Assembly: GCA_963663895.2 (NCBI GenBank)
Contig: CAXXRD010000002.1
Coordinates: 192,001-256,000 of the forward strand
From: Dehalococcoidia bacterium
GTDB lineage: Bacteria > Chloroflexota > Dehalococcoidia > Bin125
DNA: 64,000 nucleotides
Reading direction: 5' to 3'
Under the pieces are notes generated by a model. That model was not told the origin of the DNA and did no database searches. It saw only the letters and a program-made list of their open reading frames with translations. Positions within the stretch are counted from its first letter, which is position 1. Each line of letters begins with the position of its first letter. Below are positions 51,715 through 61,806 of this stretch, in pieces. Position numbers and translations under genes: made by a program.

Positions 51715-52425
51715 CTACAGACGTGGTCCTTGCGCGCCAGCCTCAGTCTCCCCCGTAAGTTCCCGCCCTCGCAGGAATCCGGCGCCGAGGATCACGGTCC
51801 ACGCCACCCATGGGAAGTAGCAAAGCCTGGCCAGCGTGATCATGTCGGGTTCGGGAACGTTGTGACCGATGATCAGCGCCACGAGGCAGACCAGGGAGAT
51901 CGCCGCCACCGCCAGCGCGGCCATCTTGCGGCGTCCCGATGGGAGGAGCGCCCAGAGACCCAGGTTGAACACCAGGAACCCGGATGCGACCGCCATACTC
52001 GACAGGATCGCGACGCCCGTATCCACGTGATAGACGGCGATGGCCCGATCCACGTCCCGTGCCGAGTCGAGGTCCGTCCCGGCGAGAACGTGGGCAAGCC
52101 CCGACGCGAGGATCCAGCCGAACACACCGACGGTCATGCAGAGGATGCCTAGGCGCGACAGCGCAGCAGCCATGCTGTCGCCGCCGATCGCGCGACTGAT
52201 ACCGGAGAACCCGTAGAGCATCAGGATCAGGCCGAGCGGCACCATGAGCGCCACAGTGTGGGCGATGGCGGCGTTCGATGCCAGCGCCCGAATGGTCGCC
52301 TCGGCGTCGCCGTACTCAGCCCGGTCGAAGACCAGCGCGCCCGGCTCCAGCAGGAAGAACGTCAGCGCCAGAACGGGGCCCGTGATCAGCCCCCAAGCCT
52401 CCAGCCTGTGCACACGCGATCCCAT
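51715..52425 (-). CDS. Hypothetical multi-pass membrane protein
   Basis: About 6 TM helices; no motif recognised. Confidence 0.7.
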   Translation of the reverse strand: MGSRVHRLEAWGLITGPVLALTFFLLEPGALVFDRAEYGDAEATIRALASNAAIAHTVALMVPLGLILMLYGFSGISRAIGGDSMAAALSRLGILCMTVGVFGWILASGLAHVLAGTDLDSARDVDRAIAVYHVDTGVAILSSMAVASGFLVFNLGLWALLPSGRRKMAALAVAAISLVCLVALIIGHNVPEPDMITLARLCYFPWVAWTVILGAGFLRGRELTGETEAGAQGPRL

Positions 52426-52755
52426 GCTCCGCTCCCTTCGGCAGGACGGCACGATTCGCTACATCGTCTGGACGGTCCGGACCGGCAGCACCGGCGCGGC
52501 CGAACATGAGCATGATATAAGGACCGGTGTCGCGCACGACCATCCACTGGCGTGCGGCTCCGATAAGGTGACACGGAGAGAGTCGTCTCTCGCGCGGCGA
52601 TCGTCCGAACGAGCCACTGCCGTCCATATCCGGCGATAAAGAGAGCGTGCTGCGCGGTGGTGTTCCTGTGCGCAGGGAGCCATCGGGTATGATCGGCTTG
52701 CGGGTCGGAGGAGGCGATCATCCAGCGCACCCACGCCAAGTGAGAGGGAGTACCA

Positions 52756-53505
52756 GTGGATGGCCGAGTCATACATGCGTTGAGTGCGCTGCTCGTGGCG
52801 GCCGCGCTCCTGCCGGCGCTGGCCGCATGTGGGGGAACGGACACAGTGGTGATCGCCACGGTCGGCAATTACCACCCCTTTGACTTCATCAATGAGGAAG
52901 GTGAAATCGACGGCCTGGAGCGGGAATTGGGAGACGAGCTGTGCCGCCGCGCCGATCTGAAGTGTGCGTGGGTCCTGAATGATTGGGAAACGCTGATCCC
53001 CGACCTGATGGCGGAGGAGTTCGATGCCATCCTCGCCGGCATGAGCATCACTGCCGAACGGGAGGAACGGATCGACTTCACAGAGGCGTACTATCCCCCA
53101 ACTCCCTCGGTGTACGTGGCGCAGGCCGGTGCGGGGGACGCAGCCGCCCAAGGCACGATCGGCGCGACGGCCAACACCATCTACTCGGACTATTTCACAG
53201 CATTAGACAGGCCGTTCGTGTCGCTGGATGGCTCGATCGACGCCGTTGACGCCGTGCTCAAGGGAGAGGTAGATGCGGTCCTCGTGGACCACGGCTATGC
53301 CGTAGAGAGACTGGCGGAGTACGAGGGCCAACTGGCCATCGTGGGGCCGTCGGTGACGCTGGACCAGGGTCTCGGCATCGGCGTCCGTAAAGGCAGCGCG
53401 CTCAAGGACGCCTTCGACGCCGCCCTGGCGTCGATGAAGGCGGACGGCACTCTGAACGCGATCCTCCGCACGTGGATAGGGGAGGATGCGGCGACGTTCC
53501 AATAG
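52756..53505 (+). CDS. Polar amino acid ABC transporter substrate-binding lipoprotein (orphan)
   Basis: LAAC lipobox, YHPF, MSITAER..IDFT, GIGVRK, DGTL. Confidence 0.88.
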   Translation: MDGRVIHALSALLVAAALLPALAACGGTDTVVIATVGNYHPFDFINEEGEIDGLERELGDELCRRADLKCAWVLNDWETLIPDLMAEEFDAILAGMSITAEREERIDFTEAYYPPTPSVYVAQAGAGDAAAQGTIGATANTIYSDYFTALDRPFVSLDGSIDAVDAVLKGEVDAVLVDHGYAVERLAEYEGQLAIVGPSVTLDQGLGIGVRKGSALKDAFDAALASMKADGTLNAILRTWIGEDAATFQ

Positions 53506-53739
53506 CAACACGGATTCAAGGAGACTGCGAGGAAAGGAGGAATTCTAGAACCCATCGAGCGAGTGGTTGCCAAGCCGCCCGTAGAAATCCTTACCAGCCC
53601 GGATGCAGCGCGGCCTACGGCAGCGCCCAGGTGGCAGCGCGCCACGCCGCCCTCTCGCCAGGGGATGGCATGTTTGCACATCCGTCATAGACCACACGGC
53701 AGGTCCCCTCCTCCACTCCCTTGCCCTGCTCCATTGTGG

Positions 53740-53785
53740 TTCCCAAGCCGAGGGTCGCGGGTTCAATCACCGTCTCCCGCTCCAA
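53740..53785 (+). repeat. attR: copy of the tRNA-Gly 3' half
   Basis: TTCCCAAGCCGAGGGTCGCGGGTTCAATCACCGTCTCCCGCTCCAA; 42/46 identical to 36543-36588. Confidence 0.9.
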
Positions 53786-53791
53786 CGCCTG

Positions 53792-53968
53792 CGAGCCAGG
53801 CAGTGATGGTGGCCTGCTCCGCAGCGGTTAGGGTGAGAGGTCCCATCCTTGTTTCACGGCGCGGTGCTGATGCTCATAGCGTACTGCGCCGCCGCCGTGT
53901 CGATAATCCGGGCCGCGATGCCGGTTAACCGATCCGGCGTGCGACTCCCCTGGCTGGCGTTGAACGAT
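53792..53968 (-). pseudogene. Second diverged remnant of the HNH/DUF1524-like gene at 50141-50315
   Basis: SFNASQGSRTPDRLTGIAARIIDTAA vs SFNASKGSHTPDQLTGIAAMIIDTAA. Confidence 0.75.
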
Positions 53969-53983
53969 CGAGATGTGCCGCTG

Positions 53984-54289
53984 TTACTCTCCCAGGCTGT
54001 ATCCGGCTCCATCAAGACGCCGTTGAGCTTCAGTCAACTCCTCGCCGGTGAACAAGGCGCTCCACGGATCCCGGAGCGCGAGTGCTTCGACTGAGAGAGC
54101 GAGACGCTCCTCTTCCCACAATCGAACAAATCCGTCCGACAGCTTATCGCCGCTCAGCAAATGCTTGGCTGCGGAGAGGCCGCCCCGGTCCACCACCATC
54201 CTCAGAAAGTAATTCGGATAGTAGTCAAACTCTTTGGCTTCTTCGTAAATCCTCAGCATCTCTTGCTGAAATCTGTCCTCCAGGCTCAT
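53984..54289 (-). CDS. Small helical hypothetical protein, possibly defence-associated
   Basis: GAGGAG RBS; FLRMV..GGLSAAKHLL..SDGFVRLW..RLALSVEALAL..W..LFT..EAQRRL. Confidence 0.7.
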   Translation of the reverse strand: MSLEDRFQQEMLRIYEEAKEFDYYPNYFLRMVVDRGGLSAAKHLLSGDKLSDGFVRLWEEERLALSVEALALRDPWSALFTGEELTEAQRRLDGAGYSLGE

Positions 54290-54376
54290 TCCACTCCTCA
54301 TCTCTCATCTCGGTTCGGTGCGCCCAGAGCTCAGTGAACGGCCTTCCAGAAATTGATCGCACAATAGGATACTGGC

Positions 54377-55282
54377 TCACCCTCTCGAGTGGCCCCTCCG
54401 CCGGATGAGCAGCCATCCGCCGACGGCCACGACCCCCAAGACGACCCCCGCCGCGACCACCCCTGCCACCACGGCACCGCTAATCCCGCCTGACGGGACG
54501 TCGCTCTGCGACAAGGCGGTGGCTTGCGGCTCCGGTGTCGGCGCCGCCGGTTCTCGCACCGGCGGCGGACTGACCGGTTCGGATTCCTCCGGCGACGCTC
54601 CAGATTCAACCGCGGGAGCAGGCTGGGGAAGGGAGGGTGCTGGCTCTTCCAGGGTCGCTTCGGCCACCAAGAGCACGTCGCCGGGCCGAATGATCGACTC
54701 CAGCGTGAGCTCCGGGTTCAGCGCCAGCAGCTCGGCCGCCGAGAGCCCGTAGCGGTCCGCAATGCCGTAGAGAGTGTCGCCCGGCTCCACCGTGTGCGTC
54801 GCCTCGGGCGCGGGCCGGACGGCCGCGGGCTCTTCCTCGGTCCCTTCGGCCACCATGAGCACGTCTCCGGGCTGAATGATCGACTCCAGCGTGAGCTCCG
54901 GGTTCAGCGCCAGCAGCTCGGCCGCCGAGAGCCCGTAGCGGTTCGCGATGCCGTAGAGAGTGTCGCCCGGCTCGACTGTGTGTTTCCCGTCGGGCGCGGG
55001 CTGGACCAGAGTGACGGGCGCTTGTGACTCGGTCTGCGGCTCTGGTGTCGTGCTGGTTTCCGGCAGGGGTAGCGGTTCCAAGGACGAGCCGCTGTCGCAG
55101 GCACGAATGGGATCGTTCCGGTGATAGAACCCGGCTTCGATCCCGTAGTCCGCGCAGTCCGTGCGGCAGGTATGACACCCGTTGCTGTCCGTAGTACCGG
55201 GATGCGCCTCTGCCGGCAGCGCGTTGAGCAAGCCGCAGGCGAGCAGCAGCACCAGAGCCAGGAGTAGCCCGACGCGAATCAC
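54377..55282 (-). CDS. Surface protein with signal peptide, His/Cys-rich YHYH-like motif, two LysM domains and a C-terminal TM anchor
   Basis: HPGTTDSNGCHTC..C..YHR; two copies of HTVEPGDTLYGIA.RYGLS..LLALNP. Confidence 0.88.
   Translation of the reverse strand: MIRVGLLLALVLLLACGLLNALPAEAHPGTTDSNGCHTCRTDCADYGIEAGFYHRNDPIRACDSGSSLEPLPLPETSTTPEPQTESQAPVTLVQPAPDGKHTVEPGDTLYGIANRYGLSAAELLALNPELTLESIIQPGDVLMVAEGTEEEPAAVRPAPEATHTVEPGDTLYGIADRYGLSAAELLALNPELTLESIIRPGDVLLVAEATLEEPAPSLPQPAPAVESGASPEESEPVSPPPVREPAAPTPEPQATALSQSDVPSGGISGAVVAGVVAAGVVLGVVAVGGWLLIRRRGHSRG
54659..54982. repeat. Intragenic LysM duplication (54659-54796 and 54845-54982, period 186 nt)
   Basis: Near-identical DNA copies. Confidence 0.85.
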
Positions 55283-55562
55283 GGCGGCCTTGCCTCCAGC
55301 GTGAGCGAATCGGCACGAGGAGGCGACTGCCTGCGGTCACTCGGTGCCCTCGTGGACTCACCGCTGGCGATGCTACTACTACGGAAGAGTGTGCCCGGAA
55401 GGGACGCCGAGATCGGCCCCGCCAGATCGGTGGTTCTCAGGTTCAGTTGGGGCAGGTTCGCCGGCCGAACCCGCAGGCCGTCGCGCGTCCGCTTCTGTCA
55501 TCCCCCTGCCTACGAGCGGGCCACAAGCGCGCCTTGGCCGCGCAGATCGCGGCGGCGGCGAC

Positions 55563-56357
55563 TCAGTGCAGGAACTCCACCGCCCGCTTCGCGACACGTT
55601 CGAGCTGTTCGAGCTGAGGAACGTGCGCCGCGCCCGCGACGATCGCGGTCGTCGCATGGGGAATCGCGCGTTCGAACTCCTCCGCGTAGACGGGCGGCAC
55701 AAGGCCGTCGCGCTCGCCGAAGAGCGCCAGCGTCGGTGCGGCGATCCGGTGCGCCCGCCGGCGCAGGCCCCGATCGGCGAGGGGCCAGACGAACTTCCCC
55801 GTGCACGCCAACACCCACATGCGCTGGATCAAGGCTTCGTTGCCAGCGTCCTCGTCTTGCGGGACCGCCGCGAAATCCTGGGCGAGCGGCCCGGCGGAGT
55901 CGGCGAAGAGGCGCTTCGGCAGCTCCTCCTCTGAGAGCACCATGTAGTTCGGGATGGGAGCGTCGTCGCGCCACAGGCCCAGCGGTGCGATCAGGACGAG
56001 CTTCGCAACCCGCTCGGGCGCCGTCGCCGCGACCTCGGCTGCGACCATGCCCCCGAACGAGTGTCCCACCAGCCGCGGCGCCGGCAGCGCGAGCGCGTCG
56101 AGCAGCTCGTAGTGATAGAGCACCAAGTCCCACAAGTCGTGCAGCGCCTGAATGCCGTCGGGTGCGCCCGGCGTGGTGCCCGGATGCTCGGGAGCGTAAA
56201 CCGTGAACGACTGGGCCAACCGCTCCAAGAACGGATCCCAGGTCAGACCGTAGGCGCCGTGCAAGAAGACGAGCGGATCGCCCGAGCCGCCGACGAACAC
56301 CCGTGTCTGGATCCGGCCCTGCCGCAGCGACAGCGTGCGCTCCTCGGAGGCCGCCAT
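55563..56357 (-). CDS. Alpha/beta hydrolase
   Basis: FLHGA, GHSFGG nucleophile elbow, GERDGLVP, GAAH; TGATG coupling to the LLM gene. Confidence 0.9.
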   Translation of the reverse strand: MAASEERTLSLRQGRIQTRVFVGGSGDPLVFLHGAYGLTWDPFLERLAQSFTVYAPEHPGTTPGAPDGIQALHDLWDLVLYHYELLDALALPAPRLVGHSFGGMVAAEVAATAPERVAKLVLIAPLGLWRDDAPIPNYMVLSEEELPKRLFADSAGPLAQDFAAVPQDEDAGNEALIQRMWVLACTGKFVWPLADRGLRRRAHRIAAPTLALFGERDGLVPPVYAEEFERAIPHATTAIVAGAAHVPQLEQLERVAKRAVEFLH

Positions 56358-57607
56358 CAGGAGGTCCCGTTCCCGTTCGGGGGCAGCGGGCGCTTGCCGC
56401 GGATGCGCTCCGGCCACCAGTGGTTCGTCCACTCGTCGTCCCAGATATCGCGCACGTGGGGCAACACCTCGCGCGTGAACAGGTCGATGTTCTTCTTGGT
56501 GAGCTCGGGGGGCATCGATCCGATGTGCAGCAGCACCATCAGGTTGCCCACTCGCAGCTTCCGGATCGCCTCCTCAAGCTGTTGACGGACCGATTCGGGA
56601 CCGCCCGCGATCACGAACTGGTTCTCGACGAAGTCGCCATACCCCCACTCGGGCAGCTGCTCGCGCAGGTCGGCCCAGATGTTGCCCTGGGTTCGGACCG
56701 AGTTCGCCAGGCTGCGGTAGTCCTGGAAGCCGGGAGGGTTCGCGAACTCCGGCGCGATGTGCAAGGACTTGTCGTAGAAGTAGCGGATGTGCGGGTAGTA
56801 CTCGCGCTCCGCGTCGGCGTCGGTCTCGCCGACCGCGACCAGCTGCAGGAAGCCGGCGCGGTAGGGGTTGGGGTCGTGGCCGCCGTCCTCGACGAACCGC
56901 CAATACCCGTCCATCACCTGCTTGCCCAGGTTGTTGCCGAAGTACGAGAGGAAGCAGTAGCAGTGGCCGTGCTTGGCGGCAAAGTCCCACGTCGAGAGGC
57001 TGCCGCTGCCCGGCACCCAGATCGGCGGATGGGGCTGCTGGATCGGGCGCGGCCACGGGTTGACCATCGGCAGCTGCGTGTACTTGCCGTTGAACGGGAA
57101 GATCTCCTCGGCCTGCCAGGCCCGCAGGATCAAGTCGTGCGCCTCGTAGTAGCGCTCCCGCTGCTCGACCGGCGGGATGCCGTAGCAGACCCCGTCCATG
57201 GCCGAGCCGAGTGGCATGCCCGCGATCAGGCGCCCCCCCGACATGCAGTCGAGCATGGCGTACTCCTCCGCGACGCGGATCGGCGGGTTGGTCATCGGGA
57301 GCGTCGCCCCCATCTGCACAATGCCGACGTCGCTGCCGTTCGTGGCGCGCGCCAGCACCGAGCCCATGAGGTTGGGGCCGGGCATGAAGCCGTAGGCGTT
57401 CTGATGGTGCTCGTTGACGCAGATGCCGTCGATGCCTGCCTTGGCGGCGTAGATCAGCTCGTCCAGGGTCCAGTTGTAATACCGGCCCACGGTCTCCGCG
57501 TCGGCCAGCTCGCTCCAGGGCGGATCGACCCAGACCGAGTGGTACCGCTTCTCGAAGTCGTCCGGTAGATCACGGTGCGGCATGAGGTGGAACATCGAAA
57601 TCTTCAT
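56357..57607 (-). CDS. LLM (luciferase-like) flavin-dependent oxidoreductase
   Basis: NEHHQ, RVAEEYAMLD..SGGRL, PRPIQQPHPPIW. Confidence 0.92.
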   Translation of the reverse strand: MKISMFHLMPHRDLPDDFEKRYHSVWVDPPWSELADAETVGRYYNWTLDELIYAAKAGIDGICVNEHHQNAYGFMPGPNLMGSVLARATNGSDVGIVQMGATLPMTNPPIRVAEEYAMLDCMSGGRLIAGMPLGSAMDGVCYGIPPVEQRERYYEAHDLILRAWQAEEIFPFNGKYTQLPMVNPWPRPIQQPHPPIWVPGSGSLSTWDFAAKHGHCYCFLSYFGNNLGKQVMDGYWRFVEDGGHDPNPYRAGFLQLVAVGETDADAEREYYPHIRYFYDKSLHIAPEFANPPGFQDYRSLANSVRTQGNIWADLREQLPEWGYGDFVENQFVIAGGPESVRQQLEEAIRKLRVGNLMVLLHIGSMPPELTKKNIDLFTREVLPHVRDIWDDEWTNHWWPERIRGKRPLPPNGNGTS

Positions 57608-57923
57608 GGCGTCCCTCTCCTCGTGATGCGTGCGTGCGAGGGCGATCGTCGCAGCCGCCGGCCCAAGCGACGCCAGCATATCCGTTCCCGGCGGCCCGCA
57701 GATCCACCGGCTTCCAGAAGGCGCGGCCACGGTCCGCGTCCTGCGATCGCCCCGGCGATGCACTCTTCAGCGCCAGCGCCAGCGCCGGGGCGTTCCTCAT
57801 CGCGGTTTGACCTCCCCCCCCCCCCCGCACGTGGAGCGTTCTCCGCCCGGTGCGCAAGGCGTCCCCTTGGACTCGGGCCATGGGGATCGCCGGCCTGAGG
57901 GCTTTACGAGAGAGATCGCACGG

Positions 57924-58526
57924 CTAGAACGGAGTCAAGAGCGTCTTCGAACTCGGTTCCGGCGCACGATCGAGGGCATGGAACAGCTCCGTGATCGTAC
58001 GCACGACCACGACGCCCTCGCGGGCCCGGCGTGATGTGAAGCCCTGCGCGACCAGATGATCGAGCAGGTCCAACAGAGGTTCCCAATAGCCGTCCCCGTC
58101 GATGACGATGATCGGCTTGTCGTGGAGCCCGATCTGCCTCCAAGTCAAGACCTCGAAGAATTCATCGAGGGTGCCGAAGCCGCCGGGAAGCACGACGAAC
58201 CCGTCGGATCGCTCGAACATCTCCTGCTTGCGCCGGTGCATGGTGTCGGTGACGAGGATCTCCGACCGATCACCGAAGCAGCTCGATTCGGTGGGGAGCA
58301 GCTCGCTGGTCACGAAATGCCTGGGGAGGACGCCGACCACCCTGCCGCCGCCGGCCAGCACCGCGTCGGCCAACGCTGCCATCAGGCCGATGCCGCCACC
58401 GCCATAGACCAGCGTAATGTCGCGCTGCGCCAAGGCCCCGCCTAAACGGCGGGCGGTCTCGGCGTGGCGCTTGTCGCGACCCTTTTGCGAGCCGCAATAG
58501 ACGCAGAGTGCAGTAATGGTCGCGAT
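57924..58526 (-). CDS. LOG family nucleotide phosphoribohydrolase; ATC at the expected start position
   Basis: CVYCGS, VYGGGGIGLM, MHRRK, LPGGFGTLDE; AAAGGAGG RBS upstream of 58526. Confidence 0.88.
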   Translation of the reverse strand: MATITALCVYCGSQKGRDKRHAETARRLGGALAQRDITLVYGGGGIGLMAALADAVLAGGGRVVGVLPRHFVTSELLPTESSCFGDRSEILVTDTMHRRKQEMFERSDGFVVLPGGFGTLDEFFEVLTWRQIGLHDKPIIVIDGDGYWEPLLDLLDHLVAQGFTSRRAREGVVVVRTITELFHALDRAPEPSSKTLLTPF

Positions 58527-58715
58527 AGCGCGGCCTCCTTTCAGGCATCCCTGTGCGCGTCCCCCGCCGTGCTGCGATGGCAGCGCGCGCCGCGGCTCCG
58601 GCTTCGGCGCAAAGCCAGAGGCCGGGGATGGTGGCGGGGCGGGCAGGAGCGGCTAGACCGCGATGCCCCGTTTCACGAGGGAGCGGCTCGAACCCAGCAC
58701 GGCTCCTCCCACGCC

Positions 58716-59132
58716 TTAGATGGCGTCCGGTTCGCGCCAGAGCTTGAGCGCCATCTCGACCGCGAGGATCGGCATCCCAATATCGATGACCACCCAGAGG
58801 AAGGCGACGGGACCGAACTCGCCGCCCCAGCTATCCGCGAACCAGTTGCTCAGGAACCCAAGGAGCAGGGCGACGGCGAAGTAGAAACGGCCGTTCGCAA
58901 CAAGCCAGTCCCTGGTGGCGGCACCCTCGGCGAGGGCTCGCTTGCCCGCGAAGGTGACGAGCACCAGGAGGATGGCGGCGATCGCCATGAACCAGTTGAG
59001 CACCTCCCACACGTCATGGGCGCCCTCGGCATCTCCTTGGCCCGCGTAGAGGGGAGCGATAACGAAATAGGCCCCGACCGCCACCCCCACCAGCAGCAGA
59101 TAGACGGCGACGAGGCGGTGCAGTCCTGCCAT
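58716..59132 (-). CDS. Hypothetical 4-TM membrane protein
   Basis: AGGAGGAG RBS; four hydrophobic segments. Confidence 0.7.
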   Translation of the reverse strand: MAGLHRLVAVYLLLVGVAVGAYFVIAPLYAGQGDAEGAHDVWEVLNWFMAIAAILLVLVTFAGKRALAEGAATRDWLVANGRFYFAVALLLGFLSNWFADSWGGEFGPVAFLWVVIDIGMPILAVEMALKLWREPDAI

Positions 59133-59350
59133 GCGGTCTCCTCCTTGCCCGAGAGGCGAAACGCTCGCCTCTCATCAGAAGCGCCGACCGAGAACGGCGA
59201 ACAGGATGAATGAAATACGACGGCGGTTCAATGGAGATGAACCGAGCGTCGGAATCGGCGGTTTCTGGAGGGTGATCGGGGGCAGGGGCTTGGCTTCCCC
59301 TCGAGCCGGCTCGCGTTCGCCGACGTCGCGCCGGGAGCCTCAGTCCCTGC

Positions 59351-60010
59351 CTACCGCGCTTGTTGCTCCAGCACTCCAACGGAGCAGCCGACGCCGGTGC
59401 CGCCGATGCCACAGTAACCGTGGGGATTCTTCGCCAGGTACTGCTGGTGGTAGTGCTCCCCGTAGTAGAACTCGGGCGCATTCAGAATCTCGGTCGTGAC
59501 CGGGCCGTAGCCGGCGGCGGTCAGCGCCTCCTGATAGTCGGCGCGGCTCTGCTCGGCGGCCGCGCGCTGCGCCGCGCTGTAGACGTAGATGCCGGAGCGG
59601 TACTGCGTCCCGACGTCGTTGCCCTGCCGCATGCCCTGCGTCGGGTCGTGCCCCTCCCAGAAGGTGCGAAGCAGCTCGGCGTAGCTGATCTCCGCGGGGT
59701 CGAAGAGGACGCGCACGACCTCGTTGTGGCCGGTGCGAGAGCTACAAACCTCCTCGTAGGTGGGATTCGGGGTGAGCCCCCCGGCGTACCCGACAGCGGT
59801 GGTGTAAACGCCAGGGAGCTGCCAGAACAGGCGCTCCGCACCCCAGAAGCAGCCCATCCCGAAGAGCGCGCGCTCCATGCCCTCCGGGAACGGCTCAGCG
59901 AGCGGACGGCCGTGGACATCGTGCTGCGCCGGGACGGGCATACGCTCGGCGCGGCCCGGCAGAGCCTCGGTCGCCGTCGGCAGTTCGAGCTTCTTGGAGA
60001 ACCAGGACAT
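59351..60010 (-). CDS. msrA: Peptide methionine sulfoxide reductase A
   Basis: [41 protein letters not shown]. Confidence 0.96.
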   Translation of the reverse strand: MSWFSKKLELPTATEALPGRAERMPVPAQHDVHGRPLAEPFPEGMERALFGMGCFWGAERLFWQLPGVYTTAVGYAGGLTPNPTYEEVCSSRTGHNEVVRVLFDPAEISYAELLRTFWEGHDPTQGMRQGNDVGTQYRSGIYVYSAAQRAAAEQSRADYQEALTAAGYGPVTTEILNAPEFYYGEHYHQQYLAKNPHGYCGIGGTGVGCSVGVLEQQAR

Positions 60011-60579
60011 CGTCGCGCCTCTCGCTATACGCGTGCGGTGCCAATCGCGACCCGTGAGCGCTTCCACGCCGGGCAGCCCGCTTCCGCCCTTCCATGCTAC
60101 GCGTTCCGTCGCAAACCGCGCATTACATGAAAGCCTGCCGATGCAGCGCGACCGGACCATCCCGGTGCGGAGGAGCTGGCGACAGGCGAGTGTCCTGCGA
60201 ATGTTCCGCCGGGGGCCGTGACCCAGGTGATCCGGGGAGCGAGCGTGCACGGACTGCGCGGAACGCTTCCTGTAGCGCTCCCGGTGCGACTTTCAGCAGG
60301 TCGACGACAAGGGAGTCGTCACACAGCGCCCAACGGAGTTCGTCCTTCGACCGACCGAGATCCACCTTGTGTCCTCCTCGCGAGCGTCATCAACGCCCCT
60401 CATGCCAACGAACGCGAAGAACAACCCACTTCGCCCGTGGACCGGGAATGAACATCTCAACAGCATTGGAGCGCGAACTTTGGGGAATTATGTACCCGTT
60501 GACCCACCTTTGAACCGTCGCGCCTCTCGCTATGTGTGGGCTGCGGCACGATCGACCGGCAGGTCCATCCCGATCGGCA

Positions 60580-61806
60580 TTATGCGATCACCCCGTCAAT
60601 CATCATCTGCGCGATCCGTTCGTCGTCGTAGCCCAGTCGCTCCTTCAGCACCTCGCTCGTGTGCTCGCCCAGCTCCGGCGCCGGCCGCTCAATGGTGGTC
60701 GGATGATTGCGAAACGCGACCGGGTGACTCGGCAACAGCTTCCGGCCCAGCGTCGGGTGCTCGTACTCCGTCAGGTAGCCGTTTGCGATCACCGCCGGGT
60801 CGTTGGGCAGGTCACGGATGTGCTGCACCGGGTCGAAGATCAGGTCGGGCTCGGTCGACAGCCGCTCCAGCCAGACCGACCGCGGCTCCTCCTCGAACCG
60901 CTTCTGCAGCTCGACGATCAACGCGCGCCGCTCCGCGAAGCGTCCCTCCGCGATGGCAAAGCGCGGATCGTCCAGCAGCCCCGGCAGATCCAGTGCCCGG
61001 CAGACCGAGGGAAAGTCCCGCTCGATGTTCACGCAGGCGATGAAGATCCACTCCCCATCCCCGCAGCGGTACTGGTTGAACAGCGGATTGGCCGCATCGT
61101 GGCGGTCGAAGCGCGGCCACTCCGCTATTCCCTGCAGCATGCTCGCCGCCACCGCCCAGTACGAGAGCCAGATCGACCCCATCATGTGCGATACCTCCAC
61201 CTTCTCCCCAATCCCCGTGCGATCCCGCGCCGCCAGCGCCGCCACCACCCCGTAGGCCAGCATGTTCGCCCCCATAGAATCCGCCAGCGCCAGGCTGTGC
61301 CAGTTCGGCCCGTCCTGCGGACCCCCGTGCGTCCACATCAACCCCGACCGCGCCTGCCCCACCGGATCCAGCGCTGGCCGCCCCGCGTCCGGCCCCGCGA
61401 ACCCGTGCCCGGACGCCGATGCATAGATCAGCTTGGGGTGAATCTCCTTCAGCCGCTCGTAGCCGACGCCGAGCCGATCGAGCGCTCCCGGCCGAAAGTT
61501 CTCCAGCACGACATCCGCGTCGCGCACGAGCTCCAGCAGCACCGCTTTCCCCGCTTCCGTGGACAGGTCCAGCGCCATGCCTCGCTTGTTGCGGTTCATC
61601 GCCTCGAACATCAACGACCGCCCGTCCTCCAGGGTCATGTCGAACCCCGCGTTCGATAGGAGATTCCGGCCGCTGTCCGGCCGCCGTGGATTCTCGATCT
61701 TCACCACGTCCGCCCCCAGGTCGCCCAGCATCGCGCCCGCCAGCGGACCCAGCATCCACAGCGTCAGCTCAATCACCTTCACACCGGCCAGCGGTCCCTC
61801 GCTCAT
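60580..61806 (-). CDS. Family III CoA-transferase (CaiB/BaiF)
   Basis: PLAGVKVIE, LGDLGADVVKIE, NRNKR, ENFRPG, APELGEHT. Confidence 0.92.
   Translation of the reverse strand: MSEGPLAGVKVIELTLWMLGPLAGAMLGDLGADVVKIENPRRPDSGRNLLSNAGFDMTLEDGRSLMFEAMNRNKRGMALDLSTEAGKAVLLELVRDADVVLENFRPGALDRLGVGYERLKEIHPKLIYASASGHGFAGPDAGRPALDPVGQARSGLMWTHGGPQDGPNWHSLALADSMGANMLAYGVVAALAARDRTGIGEKVEVSHMMGSIWLSYWAVAASMLQGIAEWPRFDRHDAANPLFNQYRCGDGEWIFIACVNIERDFPSVCRALDLPGLLDDPRFAIAEGRFAERRALIVELQKRFEEEPRSVWLERLSTEPDLIFDPVQHIRDLPNDPAVIANGYLTEYEHPTLGRKLLPSHPVAFRNHPTTIERPAPELGEHTSEVLKERLGYDDERIAQMMIDGVIA

Larger units (their letters stand above)
36588..53785. mobile_element. Decaying genomic island integrated at tRNA-Gly
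   Basis: Direct repeat 36543-36588 vs 53740-53785; integrase remnant inside; TA, CBASS-like and mrr cargo; many gene fragments. Confidence 0.85.

Noticed and set aside
53740-53785. Second tRNA-Gly gene
   Set aside because: Only the 3' half is present and the T-arm is damaged; interpreted as attR
57814-57826. C13 homopolymer upstream of the LLM operon as a phase-variation tract
   Set aside because: Intergenic, not clearly within a promoter, and homopolymer length is unreliable in this assembly
60120-60520. Possible gene or regulatory RNA between msrA and the CoA-transferase
   Set aside because: Frames are interrupted, and no motif or structure could be supported
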